A stretch of DNA of 63,976 nt, the filler included, from Octopus bimaculoides (Eukaryota): NCBI RefSeq assembly GCF_001194135.2. It is 7 parts of 5 records of this genome, joined end to end, with 100 filler letters (N's around TTAATTAATTAA, not from the genome) between each part and the next. Parts side by side here need not be neighbours in the genome. Positions count along the whole stretch, not along the records: positions 51,944 to 61,502 come from NC_069002.1; positions 61,603 to 63,976 come from NC_068989.1; 5 more parts are not named here. One strand, written 5' to 3'. Below, piece after piece: positions 51,985-63,976 of this stretch. The translations under genes were made by a program, and so were the position numbers. A model generated the notes under the pieces. It had not been told where the DNA came from and made no database searches. It saw nothing but the letters and a program-made list of their open reading frames with translations. Within the stretch, counting starts at the first letter, position 1, and each line of letters begins with the position of its first letter.

Positions 51985-53194
51985 TGTTTTCAAAGAGTTG
52001 TCCCAGCTGATTTGAAAAAACGATTTTATAGGAATTTTCTGAATTTTATTTAACTGATTGAATTTCAAACTCTCTGTTGTCAGCAATCACTCAAGTAACG
52101 TAACACTGGAAGTATAAACTGTACTCATATCAACATCACAGACCTTGCAGCATGTTAGATTAAGAAATTATTGAACTCATACCTATCCCATTTATCAATC
52201 ACATTTGCTTACTATTTTCCCATCACATTCAGACTTTAAATACAATATCTACGAGTTTCACCTGCCATCTTTCTTCGTTTACATTCATGTTTGGCATCAG
52301 TGAAAACAAAGGTGTTAAATTTACTGTTCTATCCCCAAGTTGAGGCCCCATGAACTGCTTTTCTCATTCTATCTCACCTTTGATCACATTCCGTTTTTCT
52401 TTGTTGCTTTTTCTTTTTCCTCTTTTTTTCCCTTGTACATTTGCAGAATCTATCAGCTGTCATGTTTTCTTTCCAATCACAAAAGCATCTTTGTTTAAAT
52501 TCTATGTTTAATAATCTAAGATTATCGCAAAATCTAAATTCTATACTGATTCGTGCTAAATTTGCCAGATTCTTATATGTTCACATGTTGAGAATAAAAG
52601 AATGGAAGAATACAAGAATAAAAGAGCATCAGTTTTTAAGCATGTCAGTGAAAGCAGCTGAAATTATTTACAAACGCTATCGTGTAAGAATCGCGAAATA
52701 TTTCCAAAGTAAAATTACAAAGTTTGGTGAGAATGATGCCAAAGTAGACAACTTGGAATTCTAAAGACATTTGACTATCTTCTGACTGTTAATGAATCTT
52801 GTCTTTTGTGTTTCTACATTTGGTGGTTCCATTCTTTGATTATTTTCAAGGAAGCATATCTATTTGGTAGGTTTGAACAGAACTAATATTATTGGTAATT
52901 ATTGTTTTACTGGATTATGGTTGAATGCAGGCATCACCAATAAAACTTCTAAGTTCAAAGTTTATCAAGGGATATATATATATTCAAACACAGACACTTA
53001 TGTGTTTGCGTGTATGTGTACATATGTGTGTATGTTTATATGTGTGTCTTTGTGTGTGTGTGTGTATATGTCTGTGTGTGTGTATACATACGTGTATGTT
53101 TATATATATATATATGTCTGTGTGTGTGTGTGTGTGTGTATATATATGTATATATATTGTCATCAATATTTTGGAAATATTTTGAGTGTCTGTA

Positions 53195-53253
<59 letters not shown>

Positions 53254-53264
53254 ACATACTTATG

Positions 53265-53297
<33 letters not shown>

Positions 53298-54084
53298 GCA
53301 TATATATATATATATTATATACACACACACACACACAGAGTTGTATATGCATATAAATATATATACATGCATATGTATACACACACACACTTACATGCGT
53401 ATCTCTATAAAACAATTGCATTATTGTGTTGGAATCACAATAAGCATTTGAGAGTCACAACCAAGTCTCTACATTCTGTTGTTCCACATCAACACCACCT
53501 GACTCCAACTCCGACTCCATTATCCACTGCATCTCAATATCTCTTTCACAAAATACTACAAAACTGGCCACAATAGGCTATAGTAATAGTCTTTGTAGGT
53601 CTTTAATGGCTATAGGGGCTTTGGCATGACGTAATTGTTCTAGTGCTCCCTCTACCCTGCAGTTTCGGATAGAATCCATTGTTAAATTACTCCTATCCTG
53701 ATGTATGTATATTTGTATGTCTGCTTAAGAGGTTTGTTTCAGAACCAAGCAGTTGTCTGTTCAATTCAGCTGCATGGCACCTTTGCTAAGTGTATTTTCT
53801 GGTGTAGAAGAATTCAGGCTAACGGATCCTGTGTCAGTTGAATTTGATACATAGAAAATGTCCGCAAGCCAGCCAGTTACATAATACATACAGTTTTACA
53901 TGTGTGTGTGTGTGTGTATCAAAGGAAACTCAAAAGAGGGCAGCAATGTTGAACTCGCTCCTTCACCAAAAGCCGGTCACATAAGATTAGTCATTGAAAT
54001 GGTGATTACACTGGTAGCGCTCCAGCATTGCCACAGTCTTGGGTCTGAAGTGTTTTAAAGAATATATATATATACACACACACA

Positions 54085-54623
54085 CATCATCATTGTTTAA
54101 CATCTGTTTTCCATGCTGGTATGGGTTGGACGGTTCTACTGGGGTCTGGGAAGCTAGGAGGCTGCACCAGGCTCCTGTCTGATCTGGCAGTGTTTCTACA
54201 GCCGGATGCCCTTCCTAATGCCAACCACTCTGAGAGTGTAGTGGGTGCTTTTTACGTGCCACTGGCACAGGTGCCAGAGGAGTTGGCATCAACCATGATC
54301 GGATGGTGCTTTTTATATGCCACCGGCATGGAAGTCAGTCAAGGCGGCACTGTCATCAGCCACATTCGGATGGTGCTTTTTATGTGCCACCGGCATGGGG
54401 ACCACAACTACAATTTCTATTTGATTGTGATTTGATTTCATTTTGATGTACTTGACTCAATAGGTCTCCTCAAGCACAGCATGTCACCCTACGATCCAAG
54501 GTACTTTTGAGTGGGCTGGTTATGCGACACTGGTGTGCGTTACAGCTGTGGACTCCCTTTATTTGCTGGGCCTTCTCAGTCACAGCATATCTCCAGAGGT
54601 CTCGGTCTTTTGTCATTGCCTCT
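54085..54623 (-). mobile_element. RTE-clade LINE 3' end with UTR and (GAT)n tail
   Basis: Minus strand EAMTKDRDLWRYAV (RTE-type C-terminus); ggcattaggaagggcatccggctgtagaaac 3' motif; internal repeats of ggatggtgcttttta. Confidence 0.7.
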
Positions 54624-55789
54624 NNNNNNNNNNNNNNNNNNNNNNNNNNNNNNNNNNNNNNNNNNNNNNNNNNNNNNNNNNNNNNNNNNNNNNNNNNNNN
54701 NNNNNNNNNNNNNNNNNNNNNNNNNNNNNNNNNNNNNNNNNNNNNNNNNNNNNNNNNNNNNNNNNNNNNNNNNNNNNNNNNNNNNNNNNNNNNNNNNNNN
54801 NNNNNNNNNNNNNNNNNNNNNNNNNNNNNNNNNNNNNNNNNNNNNNNNNNNNNNNNNNNNNNNNNNNNNNNNNNNNNNNNNNNNNNNNNNNNNNNNNNNN
54901 NNNNNNNNNNNNNNNNNNNNNNNNNNNNNNNNNNNNNNNNNNNNNNNNNNNNNNNNNNNNNNNNNNNNNNNNNNNNNNNNNNNNNNNNNNNNNNNNNNNN
55001 NNNNNNNNNNNNNNNNNNNNNNNNNNNNNNNNNNNNNNNNNNNNNNNNNNNNNNNNNNNNNNNNNNNNNNNNNNNNNNNNNNNNNNNNNNNNNNNNNNNN
55101 NNNNNNNNNNNNNNNNNNNNNNNNNNNNNNNNNNNNNNNNNNNNNNNNNNNNNNNNNNNNNNNNNNNNNNNNNNNNNNNNNNNNNNNNNNNNNNNNNNNN
55201 NNNNNNNNNNNNNNNNNNNNNNNNNNNNNNNNNNNNNNNNNNNNNNNNNNNNNNNNNNNNNNNNNNNNNNNNNNNNNTATATTACAGTTAAAAGGGTAAA
55301 GGTTTATCAATTTATTAATTTATTAATAAATCAACAATTAATAATTTTTACCAAGCCCTTCGGTATGTAAACACCATTATCGGTGGAGAACTTATTTAAA
55401 AGTTCTTAGACATTTATAAACATAATTAAGGCATCAGCAAACATTTGCTTCACCACATACCGAAGTTCAGAAATTATTTTTTTCATTTTAACCTATTTTC
55501 AATCATCTGTGAAAATTTAAAGGTAATATTCTGAAATTTAAGTACTGTGGGACTGAATGGGTTAATTTCTCTCAATATACACATCACCTGACAGTCTGCA
55601 CCTCCTCCCATACCATATATATATACACACAATGGGCTAAGGCTTTGGTTGGCCTGAGGCTATAGTAGAAGACACTTGCCTAAGGTGCCACACAGTGGGA
55701 CAGAACCTGGAACCATGTGATTGAGAAGTAAGCTTCTTACCACACAGCCACTCCTGTGCCTGTGAATTTATGTTCCAAATACCAATTTA

Positions 55790-56101
55790 ATAATAACGAA
55801 GTTGTTTTACTAAATTCTACATTATTTTCAAATTAATTGAAACAAAGATTTTGTTAATGCAACAGCAGTTTGGTAACGAAGGCACCGACTCAGTTGAAAC
55901 TGCCCCTGGTCCTATGACACTAACTTCCTCTTTTAAAGGGATTGAAATTAAAACATCCCTGAAAATATCATTGTTAATTTATGTTCTAAACGATGCTGGC
56001 TTAATAAGGATAAAGATATTTTACTGAATCTTTCATTATTTTCGAAACTGATTGAAATATAAGCAGTGCATTCAACAGGAACATGATAACATAAGGGTCA
56101 A
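55790..56101. repeat. Two partial tandem copies of an AT-rich DNA-transposon-like repeat
   Basis: About 55800-55882 resembles about 56015-56097 (ttttact.aat..cattatttt..aa...attgaaa; aacag..tg.taac..aagg); ends aagggtcaa. Confidence 0.4.
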
Positions 56102-56703
56102 AGTCAACCACATTGATTTTGTAGTTTTTCCATTTTCGTTGTTTTTGACTTTAGAATTAAGTGCCATGTGGAAGTTGGTTGTTTTTGATGTAACTCGAAG
56201 CTTTCTTTTCACAAAATTTTTCACCAATTCCAATGGTTATTGTATCTGAATCTTTGGTTTCACAGCTTTTCTTTTTTTTTCTTTTCTTTTCCACTCAGCT
56301 GCTAGCTGTTGGTCTTCATTTCCTCCTAGCAACATTTCTTGTGTGTTCTGTCACACCAGCAAGAATAATTCCCATCTTGAATTCTATGACACATTACAAT
56401 CAGTACATCTTATCAACTGTATAAGAATTTTGAATACTTATAGAGATTTACAGAGAATTCTATGCGAATTAAGAATTCCTAATTACTTTCTTAATGCGAT
56501 AAATTCATTTTGTAATTGAAAGAAAATGTTGATGTTGGTGTTTACGTATATTTTTGGTTTGAAATAAAAATCAGTGTTTGGGTTTAAGTATGAAGTGGTT
56601 TCTGAAAGAATCTGTAGCAGAGATTCTATTGTTTTTTTTTCTACCTTTCTTTTCTTTTCTTCAGCACCAACAATCATTCAACAATAGATATTTTAATCTT
56701 GAC

Positions 56704-56735
<32 letters not shown>

Positions 56736-56744
56736 GTAATAGAT

Positions 56745-56969
56745 AGATAGATAGATAGATAAGTTCTTAACTTTTGTATACAATTGCCAAATTCCATCAC
56801 TAAGGTAAACATAGCTGACGTAATACATCACTACGGCCAACTCAATGACAAAAAGTGCAACTTGAAAGTGACTTATTTATTGGTCCTTTGAACACTATTT
56901 CAGCATCTCGTGTGCCTGATGGAATTTGGCAATCGTATACAAAAGTTAAGAACTCATCTATCTATCTAC
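56745..56969. mobile_element. Unclassified MITE with 38-bp TIRs extending into inverted (AGAT)n/(ATCT)n
   Basis: 56762-56799 versus 56917-56954 are reverse complements with 1 mismatch. Confidence 0.75.
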
Positions 56970-57381
56970 TACATTTCTACTGAGTTACCATTCCTTTATA
57001 TAAACTAATAATAATAATAATAATAATAATAATCTTTTCTACTATAGGCANNNNNNNNNNNNNNNNNNNNNNNNNNNNNNNNNNNNNNNNNNNNNNNNNN
57101 NNNNNNNNNNNNNNNNNNNNNNNNNNNNNNNNNNNNNNNNNNNNNNNNNNNNNNNNNNNNNNNNNNNNNNNNNNNNNNNNNNNNNNNNNNNNNNNNNNNN
57201 NNNNNNNNNNNNNNNNNNNNNNNNNNNNNNNNNNNNNNNNNNNNNNNNNNNNNNNNNNNNNNNNNNNNNNNNNNNNNNNNNNNNNNNNNNNNNNNNNAAA
57301 GCACCATCCGAATGTGGTCGATGTCATCCCCCCCCCCATGCATTTTGCATGGCATGTGAGCAATTCTGCCAATTTACTGTC

Positions 57382-57418
<37 letters not shown>

Positions 57419-57422
57419 TAAT

Positions 57423-57646
57423 AAAATGGGTTCAATACCAACCTATCTGAAAAAACATCTGAAAACTTAGAACTATCCTACAATCTAGGTGTATTGCAAA
57501 AGTCAGCATTACTTGGAACTGCACTCATATTGCATAAAGTACTGTCTGTCTGAGGTCCTTGTTGTGACTTGACAAACAGTACGAACTCCCTGGAAGACAC
57601 ATCATCAATCAACAACCACAGAATATTGTATACTGTGCAACGTCTA
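57423..57646 (+). mobile_element. R4/Dong-type 3' end flanked by (AAT)n on both sides
   Basis: MGSIPTYLKKHLK.. and LQKSALLGTAHILHKVLSV* (with frameshifts); (AAT)n at 57385-57422 and from 57647. Confidence 0.75.
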
Positions 57647-57689
57647 TAATAATAATAACAACAATAATAATAATAGCAATAATAATTTT

Positions 57690-57885
57690 TCTACTATAGG
57701 CACAAGGCTTGAAGTTTCAGGGAACAGAGATACTTGATTGCATTAATCCCACTGTTCAACTAGTACTTATTTTATCAAACCTGAAAGGATGAAAGGCAAA
57801 GTCTACCTTGGCAGAATTTGAACTCATAATGTTAAGAAGGAAGAAATGATGCATTTTGCCCGGCATGCTAATGATTCTGCTAGTT
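57690..57885 (-). repeat. SINE family A copy
   Basis: ggcacaaggcttgaa..aaaggcaaagtc..tgattctgctagtttac. Confidence 0.7.
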
Positions 57886-58287
57886 TACTGTATGCTTGTG
57901 CGTCTGTGTTTGTCCCCCTGCCATCGCTTGACAACCAATGCTGGTGTGTTTATGTCCCCGCAGCCTAGCGGTTTGGCAAAAGAGATGGATGGAATAAGTA
58001 CTAGGCTTACAAAGAATAAGTCTTGGGGTCAATTTCTTCGATTAAAGCTCTATAAGGTGGTGCTCCAGCATGGCCACAATGAAATGATTGAAACAAGTAA
58101 AAGAAACTGAAAGAAGCATGTCATATATATGTGTGTGTGTGTGTATATATTTGTATGTCTGTGTTTGTCCCCCCACAATCGCTTGACAACATGTTGGTAT
58201 GTTTACATCCCTGTAACATAGCAGTTCAGTAAAAAAGGACCAATAAAATAAGTACTAGGCTTACAAAGAGGTCCTGGGATTGATTAG

Positions 58288-58601
58288 TAAGCCTAGTACT
58301 TATTCTATTGGTCTCTTTTGCCAAACTGCTAAGTTACGGGTACATAAACACACCAACATCGGTTGTCAAGCGATGGTGTGGGGGCAAACACAGACACACA
58401 AGCATATACACACAAACATATACACACACATACATATATAGGACGGGCTTCTTTCAGTTTCCGTCTACCAAATCCACTCACAAGGCTTTGGTTGGCCTGA
58501 GGCTATAGTAGAAGACACTTGCCCAAGGTGCCACGTAGTGGGACTGAACCTGAAACCATGTGGTTGGTAAGCAAGCTACTTACCACACAGCCACTCCTGC
58601 A
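58288..58601 (-). repeat. tRNA-derived SINE family B (head gcaggagtggctgtgtggtaag..ggttcagtcccact), near full length
   Basis: A/B-box-like head, internal (TG)n linker, body gtttgcccccacaccatcgcttgacaaccgatg; homologues at 17040-17245, 19728-19880, 51695-51843, 55625-55760, 57895-58275, 58690-58965, 60545-60870, 61322-61460. Confidence 0.85.
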
Positions 58602-59584
58602 CTTATGTAGACAAAAATTTATAGAATGCCCTATCCATAATTTTCAAATACAACTTAGGTTATAACTCCTTCTATATGCTATATATATGTGTGTTTGTGT
58701 GTGTGTGCGTGCATGTGTGTGTTCCTTCCACCACCCCCACCACCACCACTGCTTGGCAATGAGTGTTGGTTTGTTTATTCATCCATAATTTAGTGGTTCA
58801 GAAAAGGAAACCAGTGGAATAAATATAGGGGCTTAAAATAGAAAAATAAAAATAAATAAAAAAACACAAACTTGGGGTCAGTTCGTTCGAATTGACCTTT
58901 CAGTGCATTGCCCCAGTATTATCGCCACAGTCCAATGGCTGAAACAGTTCAAAGGTGGAAAAAAAAAAAAAAAAACGAAAAACAAAATTCAAGATAAGAC
59001 ACTAGATAAATATTCCTCTTGAAAAATTACCATGTCATAAATAACAAAGTTGACGATAATTATCTGTAAAAGTTTTAAGTAAATAGCAAACAGCATTATA
59101 ATTAACCAATACAATATATTCTCAAGAGGTTCTGATAGTTTTGCTGGTTTTATTTTTAATGGTGTTCTTTGCATATTTTAAACATGCTTTGCATGCAGAA
59201 TAGAGCAGTTTGTAAATGGTGAAGCTTAACAAGTTACTCTGATACAAAGAACACATTCCGCAAGAGAACTAATGTGATGTTTTTTTTTTTATCTCCAAAA
59301 TAGAGAGGTTTCCTCTCATTGTTATTTTTATGTTTACTCTAATGTCTATTTACAGTATTAGTTGTCTGTTCAAAAGACACATTTTTGTTCTCTTTTTCTT
59401 TTTTTTTTTCTAAAATTTAGTGCTCACTGCAATTATGGGAATTCATTTGTAACAGTTCCCTTTCTCTCTGTCTCTCTCTAAATTATGTATATTCAGACAA
59501 TTATTTCCCATAAGTATTATGTCTCCACAGTTATCTTTCACATTTTTGTTTCCATGCTGCTATCAGTGTTTTAAATCAGCACTA

Positions 59585-59900
59585 TTTATTTCTACAAAAT
59601 TGTCTATAATAGACAACACTCATTATAATTATCTCTCTACACTGCTCTGCAAAATTGTCTCTCCACAATAGCCAATTCTCTCCTATCTCTCTACAATAGA
59701 CAACACTACTTAATTATCTCTCTACACTACACTACAAAATTTTCTTTCTACAAAAGACAATACTCATTAAAATTATATGCTTATACTGGACAGTACTCTA
59801 CAAAATTATTTGCCTACAATGAGTACTAAACTACAAAATTTTCTCTCTACAATAGACAATACTCTACAAAATTGTCTCTCTACATTAAGCAATACTCTTT
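59585..59900. repeat. Degenerate minisatellite built from ctacaaaattgtctctctacaatagacaatact-like units
   Basis: Repeated ctacaaaatt and tctctctaca blocks. Confidence 0.75.
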
Positions 59901-61460
59901 AACTCTTCTTTATTCACCTGTCCATGATAATGGATTGATATTTTTATCAATAATCAGAGAATTGATTCCAACTACCTGATTTTGTTAGTCGTCAATGATG
60001 TATGAAGCATGCAGACCCACTAACATGGAGACATAATATGACATGCATAGATGAACATTGGGTATACAAGTACCACAAGTGTGTCAACTGAGGATACCCA
60101 GAGAAAAAGATGATGTGAGAAAAAAAAATGATCATGTTTAGATGAGAGTATGTTGGGTGCCATAGACTATAACTAATGGTGGTATGCTGCATAGCAGAGC
60201 CAAAATGAATTGAATATGGAAATCAGTGAGGATTCAATCTCCTCTTTCGCAGTAATGTGTCAATGTTAAACATGTTTCAGTCTTATTAGATCTCTTCAAT
60301 GAAGAATATATCCTTTCTACCAATCTTAGGTGATTTAAGAAGTATTTTTACTTGTTTCTCTCATTGGATTGTGGCCATGCTACAGCATCACCTTAAAAGA
60401 TTTAGTTGAGACCACAGTGCTTGTGTTCAAGTGTGGTACTTATTCTATCAGGATTAATCAGAAAATTTAACCACTTTGTCAATCCGCAACAAACATTCAC
60501 AAAGGGAATCAATAGACATGGTCTCCTGGTTAAGAGGGTTGAAATACAGTCATATGGTTTCGGGTTCAGCCCCACTGTGTGACACCTTAGGCAAATGTCT
60601 TCTTTTATAACCCTGGGCCAACCAAAACCTTGGAACTAGATTTGCATGACAGATTTCTTTCAGAAGTCTATCATACATGTATATGAGAGTGTTTGTGTAT
60701 CCCCCCCCCCCGTTTCACATCCGGTGTTTGCTTCTTTACGTCTCCATAACTTAGATCAACAAAAGAGACTAATTGGACTAAAAGTAAAATGCTGAGGTCG
60801 ATTTATTCGATTTAACCCTTTGAGGCAGTGCTCCGGCATGGCCACAGTCCAATCACTGAAACCAGTAAGGTATAATAAGAAGCTGCTGAAATATTACTCA
60901 ATCGATTTCAAAAGTAAAAACAGGCGGTACCAGAAATGGTGAAAACCAGCAGAAGAATAAAGTGCTAATGTATTTAGCAGTTGGTTTTATCAGATTTTTG
61001 GTGGTTCATTGGTCCAAAGATAAAACAGCTCCTGCATAAACGGTGTTGCTTATATGTAAATCGATTAGTTTTTGTTTTTTAAGAGACCAAAATTCTCTCT
61101 CCTGAATGCCAAAGAATGAGTAACTCAGCTACTTTGGTATAGAATGGCTGTTAATATGACTAGCGATAGATGGTGGTGTTGGGGGTGTGAGGTAGTCACG
61201 TGTGTTAGATGTCCTATTGGCCGGGGATGATGTTTCAATAGTTAATATAACCAAGGTGAGCTTAGGCTTTATCTAACTCTTTCCTTCAATATCCCCTTTC
61301 CTTTCCCACCCTCATATCGCAGGCAGCTCAGGTGTGGTTGTGTGGTAAGGAGATTGCTTCCCAACTCATGGTTCCGGGTTCAGTTTTAGGTGTCTTCTAC
61401 TAGAATTCTTCTACCAAATTCTTCTGAGTAAATTTGGTTGACAAACTGAAAAAGGCTTGT

Positions 61461-61502
<42 letters not shown>

Positions 61503-61657
61503 NNNNNNNNNNNNNNNNNNNNNNNNNNNNNNNNNNNNNNNNNNNNTTAATTAATTAANNNNNNNNNNNNNNNNNNNNNNNNNNNNNNNNNNNNNNNNNN
61601 NNAGAAGAAGAAGAAGAAGAAGAAGAAGAAGAAGAAGAAGAAGAAGAAGAAGAAGAA

Positions 61658-62537
61658 GAAGGGTTTATCATAGCAGCCCAAGATCAATGCCTACCTACAA
61701 GAAACTATCAGGCCAACATATTAAAGAATGGCAGTAGCCCAACATGTCATGTACGTCAACAACAAAATGAAATCATTGATCATGTTGTCTCAATGTACAG
61801 TTTTCTTGCGCCTACAGAGTATCTCAACAGGCATGATAGAGCAGCACAATATATTCACTGAGTAATTTGCAAAATCCTGGACCTGCCCCATGATAAACAT
61901 TGGTGGGAACACAAACCACCTCCAGTGTTTGAAAATGGTCACATCTCACTCCTCTGGAACTTCACCATTCACACTGACAGAAAGGTAGATGCGAACAGGC
62001 CAGGCATCATATTGAAAGACTTGAGACAAAAATCATGCCTCCTCATTGATATGACTGTCCCAACAGACAAAAACATATCTGTCAAGACCTACCAAAAATT
62101 GAGCAAGTATAAAGATCTTGAAATAGAAATTAGCAAAATGTGGAACTTGAAGACTAAAACAATACCTGTTATCATAGGTGCCCTAGGAATGATAGCAAGA
62201 GGGGCTGATTGCTACCTAGCTCAGACACTAGGAAACACCAAAATGCCAGAAATTCAAAAGATAGTGCTTATGGGAACTGCCCATATCCTACGTAAAATAC
62301 TCTCTATGTAATCTCAAATTTTAAAACAAACACATAATTTTTTTATGGTTTCTTAAGCATTCTCTAGAACAATACTATGTGCAAAACCAAATATATGGCA
62401 CCCTAAGCATAACACCAACATGAACTTCTAACTTGTTGTCTCTTGAGGTCTCTGGGTGAAACTTGGAGCCAACTTCTACAAATGCAAAGCAAAAGTCAGA
62501 CATAAAAAATAAAAAAATAATAATAATAATAATAATG
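61658..62537 (+). mobile_element. R4/Dong-type 3' portion: CCHC-like region plus restriction-like endonuclease, UTR, (AAT)n tail
   Basis: EGFIIAAQDQCLPTRNY..NRHDRAAQYIH..DANRPGIILKD..LLIDMTVP..KLSKYKDL..IIGALG..MGTAHILRKILSM* (ORF 61925-62311). Confidence 0.9.
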
Positions 62538-63216
62538 TTCGACGAATTGCATCAAATAGAGAATAGACAACACATCAGAAAGTGATAAGTACAGAATTTG
62601 TGGACAAAATGGTGAAACCTTACGGCATATTACCAGTCAATGAACGCCTCTAGCCTAGAAAGAATATGAGACGTCATGACAATATAGCAAGGATTGTCCA
62701 TTGGACACTTTACAGCAAATATAGACTTGACATAGCAAAACTGTGGTACGAATATAAACCTGAAGGCATCATCGAAAATGATAATGCAAAGATCCTATGG
62801 GATTTTGATTCAGTGCGACCATGTGATAGAGAAAAGGGAGCTAGACATAGTGTTAATTGAGAAAGAAAGCAAACGATGGTGGATCATAGATATAGCAGGC
62901 CCAGCTGACAAAAAGGTCTGCGATAAGGAAGAAAGAAAAGTCGATAGACATGACAGATTAGTTTGGGAGGCTGAACAGCTGTGGTCGATGAAAAAGGTGG
63001 TAGTAGTACCAGTAATTGCCGGAGTCCTGGGAACAGTGAGTAAAAATCTTGAGAAGTACATGGAACAAATAAGGGTGGTGCACTGCAAGAAAACAGCACT
63101 GCTTCGAACCGCTCGAATACACCGGAAGGTGCTCGAAAAATAAGAGGCGTTACCTTAGTTCACTGGTAGTGAACAGCTGACACTGTAGTACATCTCCAGC
63201 ATTAGAAGCTGTGCAA
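62538..63216 (+). mobile_element. Second, divergent R4/Dong-type 3' portion
   Basis: RRHDNIARIVHW..ENDNAKILWDF..IIDIAGP..VIAGVLGTV..ALLRTARIHRKVLEK*; frameshifted; followed by (AAC)n(AAT)n. Confidence 0.85.
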
Positions 63217-63220
63217 AAGC

Positions 63221-63283
<63 letters not shown>

Positions 63284-63472
63284 AATAATAATAATAATAA
63301 CAATAATAATAATAATAATAATAATAACACATAACGATATTTCGCTACTGCCCCTGCCACTTCCCATCCCCAAGCTTTCAGTTATACTGTATCATCCATT
63401 ATCCTTCACTCGCCCTAGGACGCTGGATGTGTCTCGGCATGTGATTGTAACAAACATGCAGACTAAAAGTAA

Positions 63473-63535
<63 letters not shown>

Positions 63536-63536
<1 letters not shown>

Positions 63537-63976
63537 GCCATAAACACTAGCCATAAACACTAGCCATAAACACTAGCCATAAACAAGGTGGCACCAATTA
63601 TCATAAAATACATAGAGCACTCAATGAACAAATGGCAGACAGTGCTACAGCTCCAAACAAAAGAGGGACTTGTGAAAACGAAAGCCATCCCCATTAGAAG
63701 AGGAATATTCCAGGGAGACACGTTCTCTCCACTCCTGTTCTGCCTGGCACTCACACCTTTAACAGAATTGCTAAATAGAACTGGATGCGGTTACAAATAC
63801 TATGGAAAAACAGTCAGCCACCTTCTATATATGGATGACCTAAAATTATATGCAAAAAACGACAAAGAGCTAGAAACACTACTACAGACAGTACACGGCT
63901 TTACCAAGGAAATAGAAATGAAATTCGGATTAGAAAAATGTGCCAAAGCAACCCTGAAAAGAGGAAAATTAGTTAA
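63536..63976 (+). mobile_element. R4/Dong-type reverse transcriptase domain, 5'-truncated, open frame to the window end
   Basis: KVAPIIIKYIEHSMNKWQT..RRGIFQGDTFSPLLFCLAL..SHLLYMDDLKLYA..MKFGLEKCA; no stop from about 63580 to 63976 (not in the ORF track because it runs off the end). Confidence 0.92.

Noticed and set aside
53450-53670. Minus-strand ALEQLRHAKAP, similar to the LINE KAPG motif
   Set aside because: Single weak motif with stops nearby; insufficient for a call.
59990-60340. LTWRHN and ILSTNLR words reminiscent of a HERO-type RLE LINE
   Set aside because: Two short motifs only, with intervening sequence not alignable by eye.

Overview
AT-rich, microsatellite-saturated eukaryotic DNA from a gapped draft assembly. 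The SINE/LINE repertoire looks like an octopus (coleoid cephalopod) genome; this is inferred from repeat resemblance, not from a search. Six identical 100-bp artificial linkers (44 N + TTAATTAATTAA + 44 N) split the window into seven separately assembled pieces, so adjacency across them is not trustworthy. Most ORF-track entries are microsatellite or N-gap artefacts. Recognisable mobile DNA: an internally deleted mariner with both TIRs and TA TSD, a Tc1 N-terminus, a Tx1/L1-clade LINE lacking its RT core plus relatives, many R4/Dong-type RLE LINE fragments in (AAT)n tracts, RTE 3' ends, Penelope-like remnants with two minimal hammerhead-like folds, several MITEs and many tRNA-derived SINEs. 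The one clear host gene is largely missed by the ORF track. It is a minus-strand, tandemly duplicated exon cassette (32487-36507) with a continuous frame and canonical splice sites except one donor. It encodes repeated Cys-bracketed discoidin/F5-8C-like domains separated by Pro/Thr/Ser linkers (mucin-like), with the two copies strongly diverged in amino acids.
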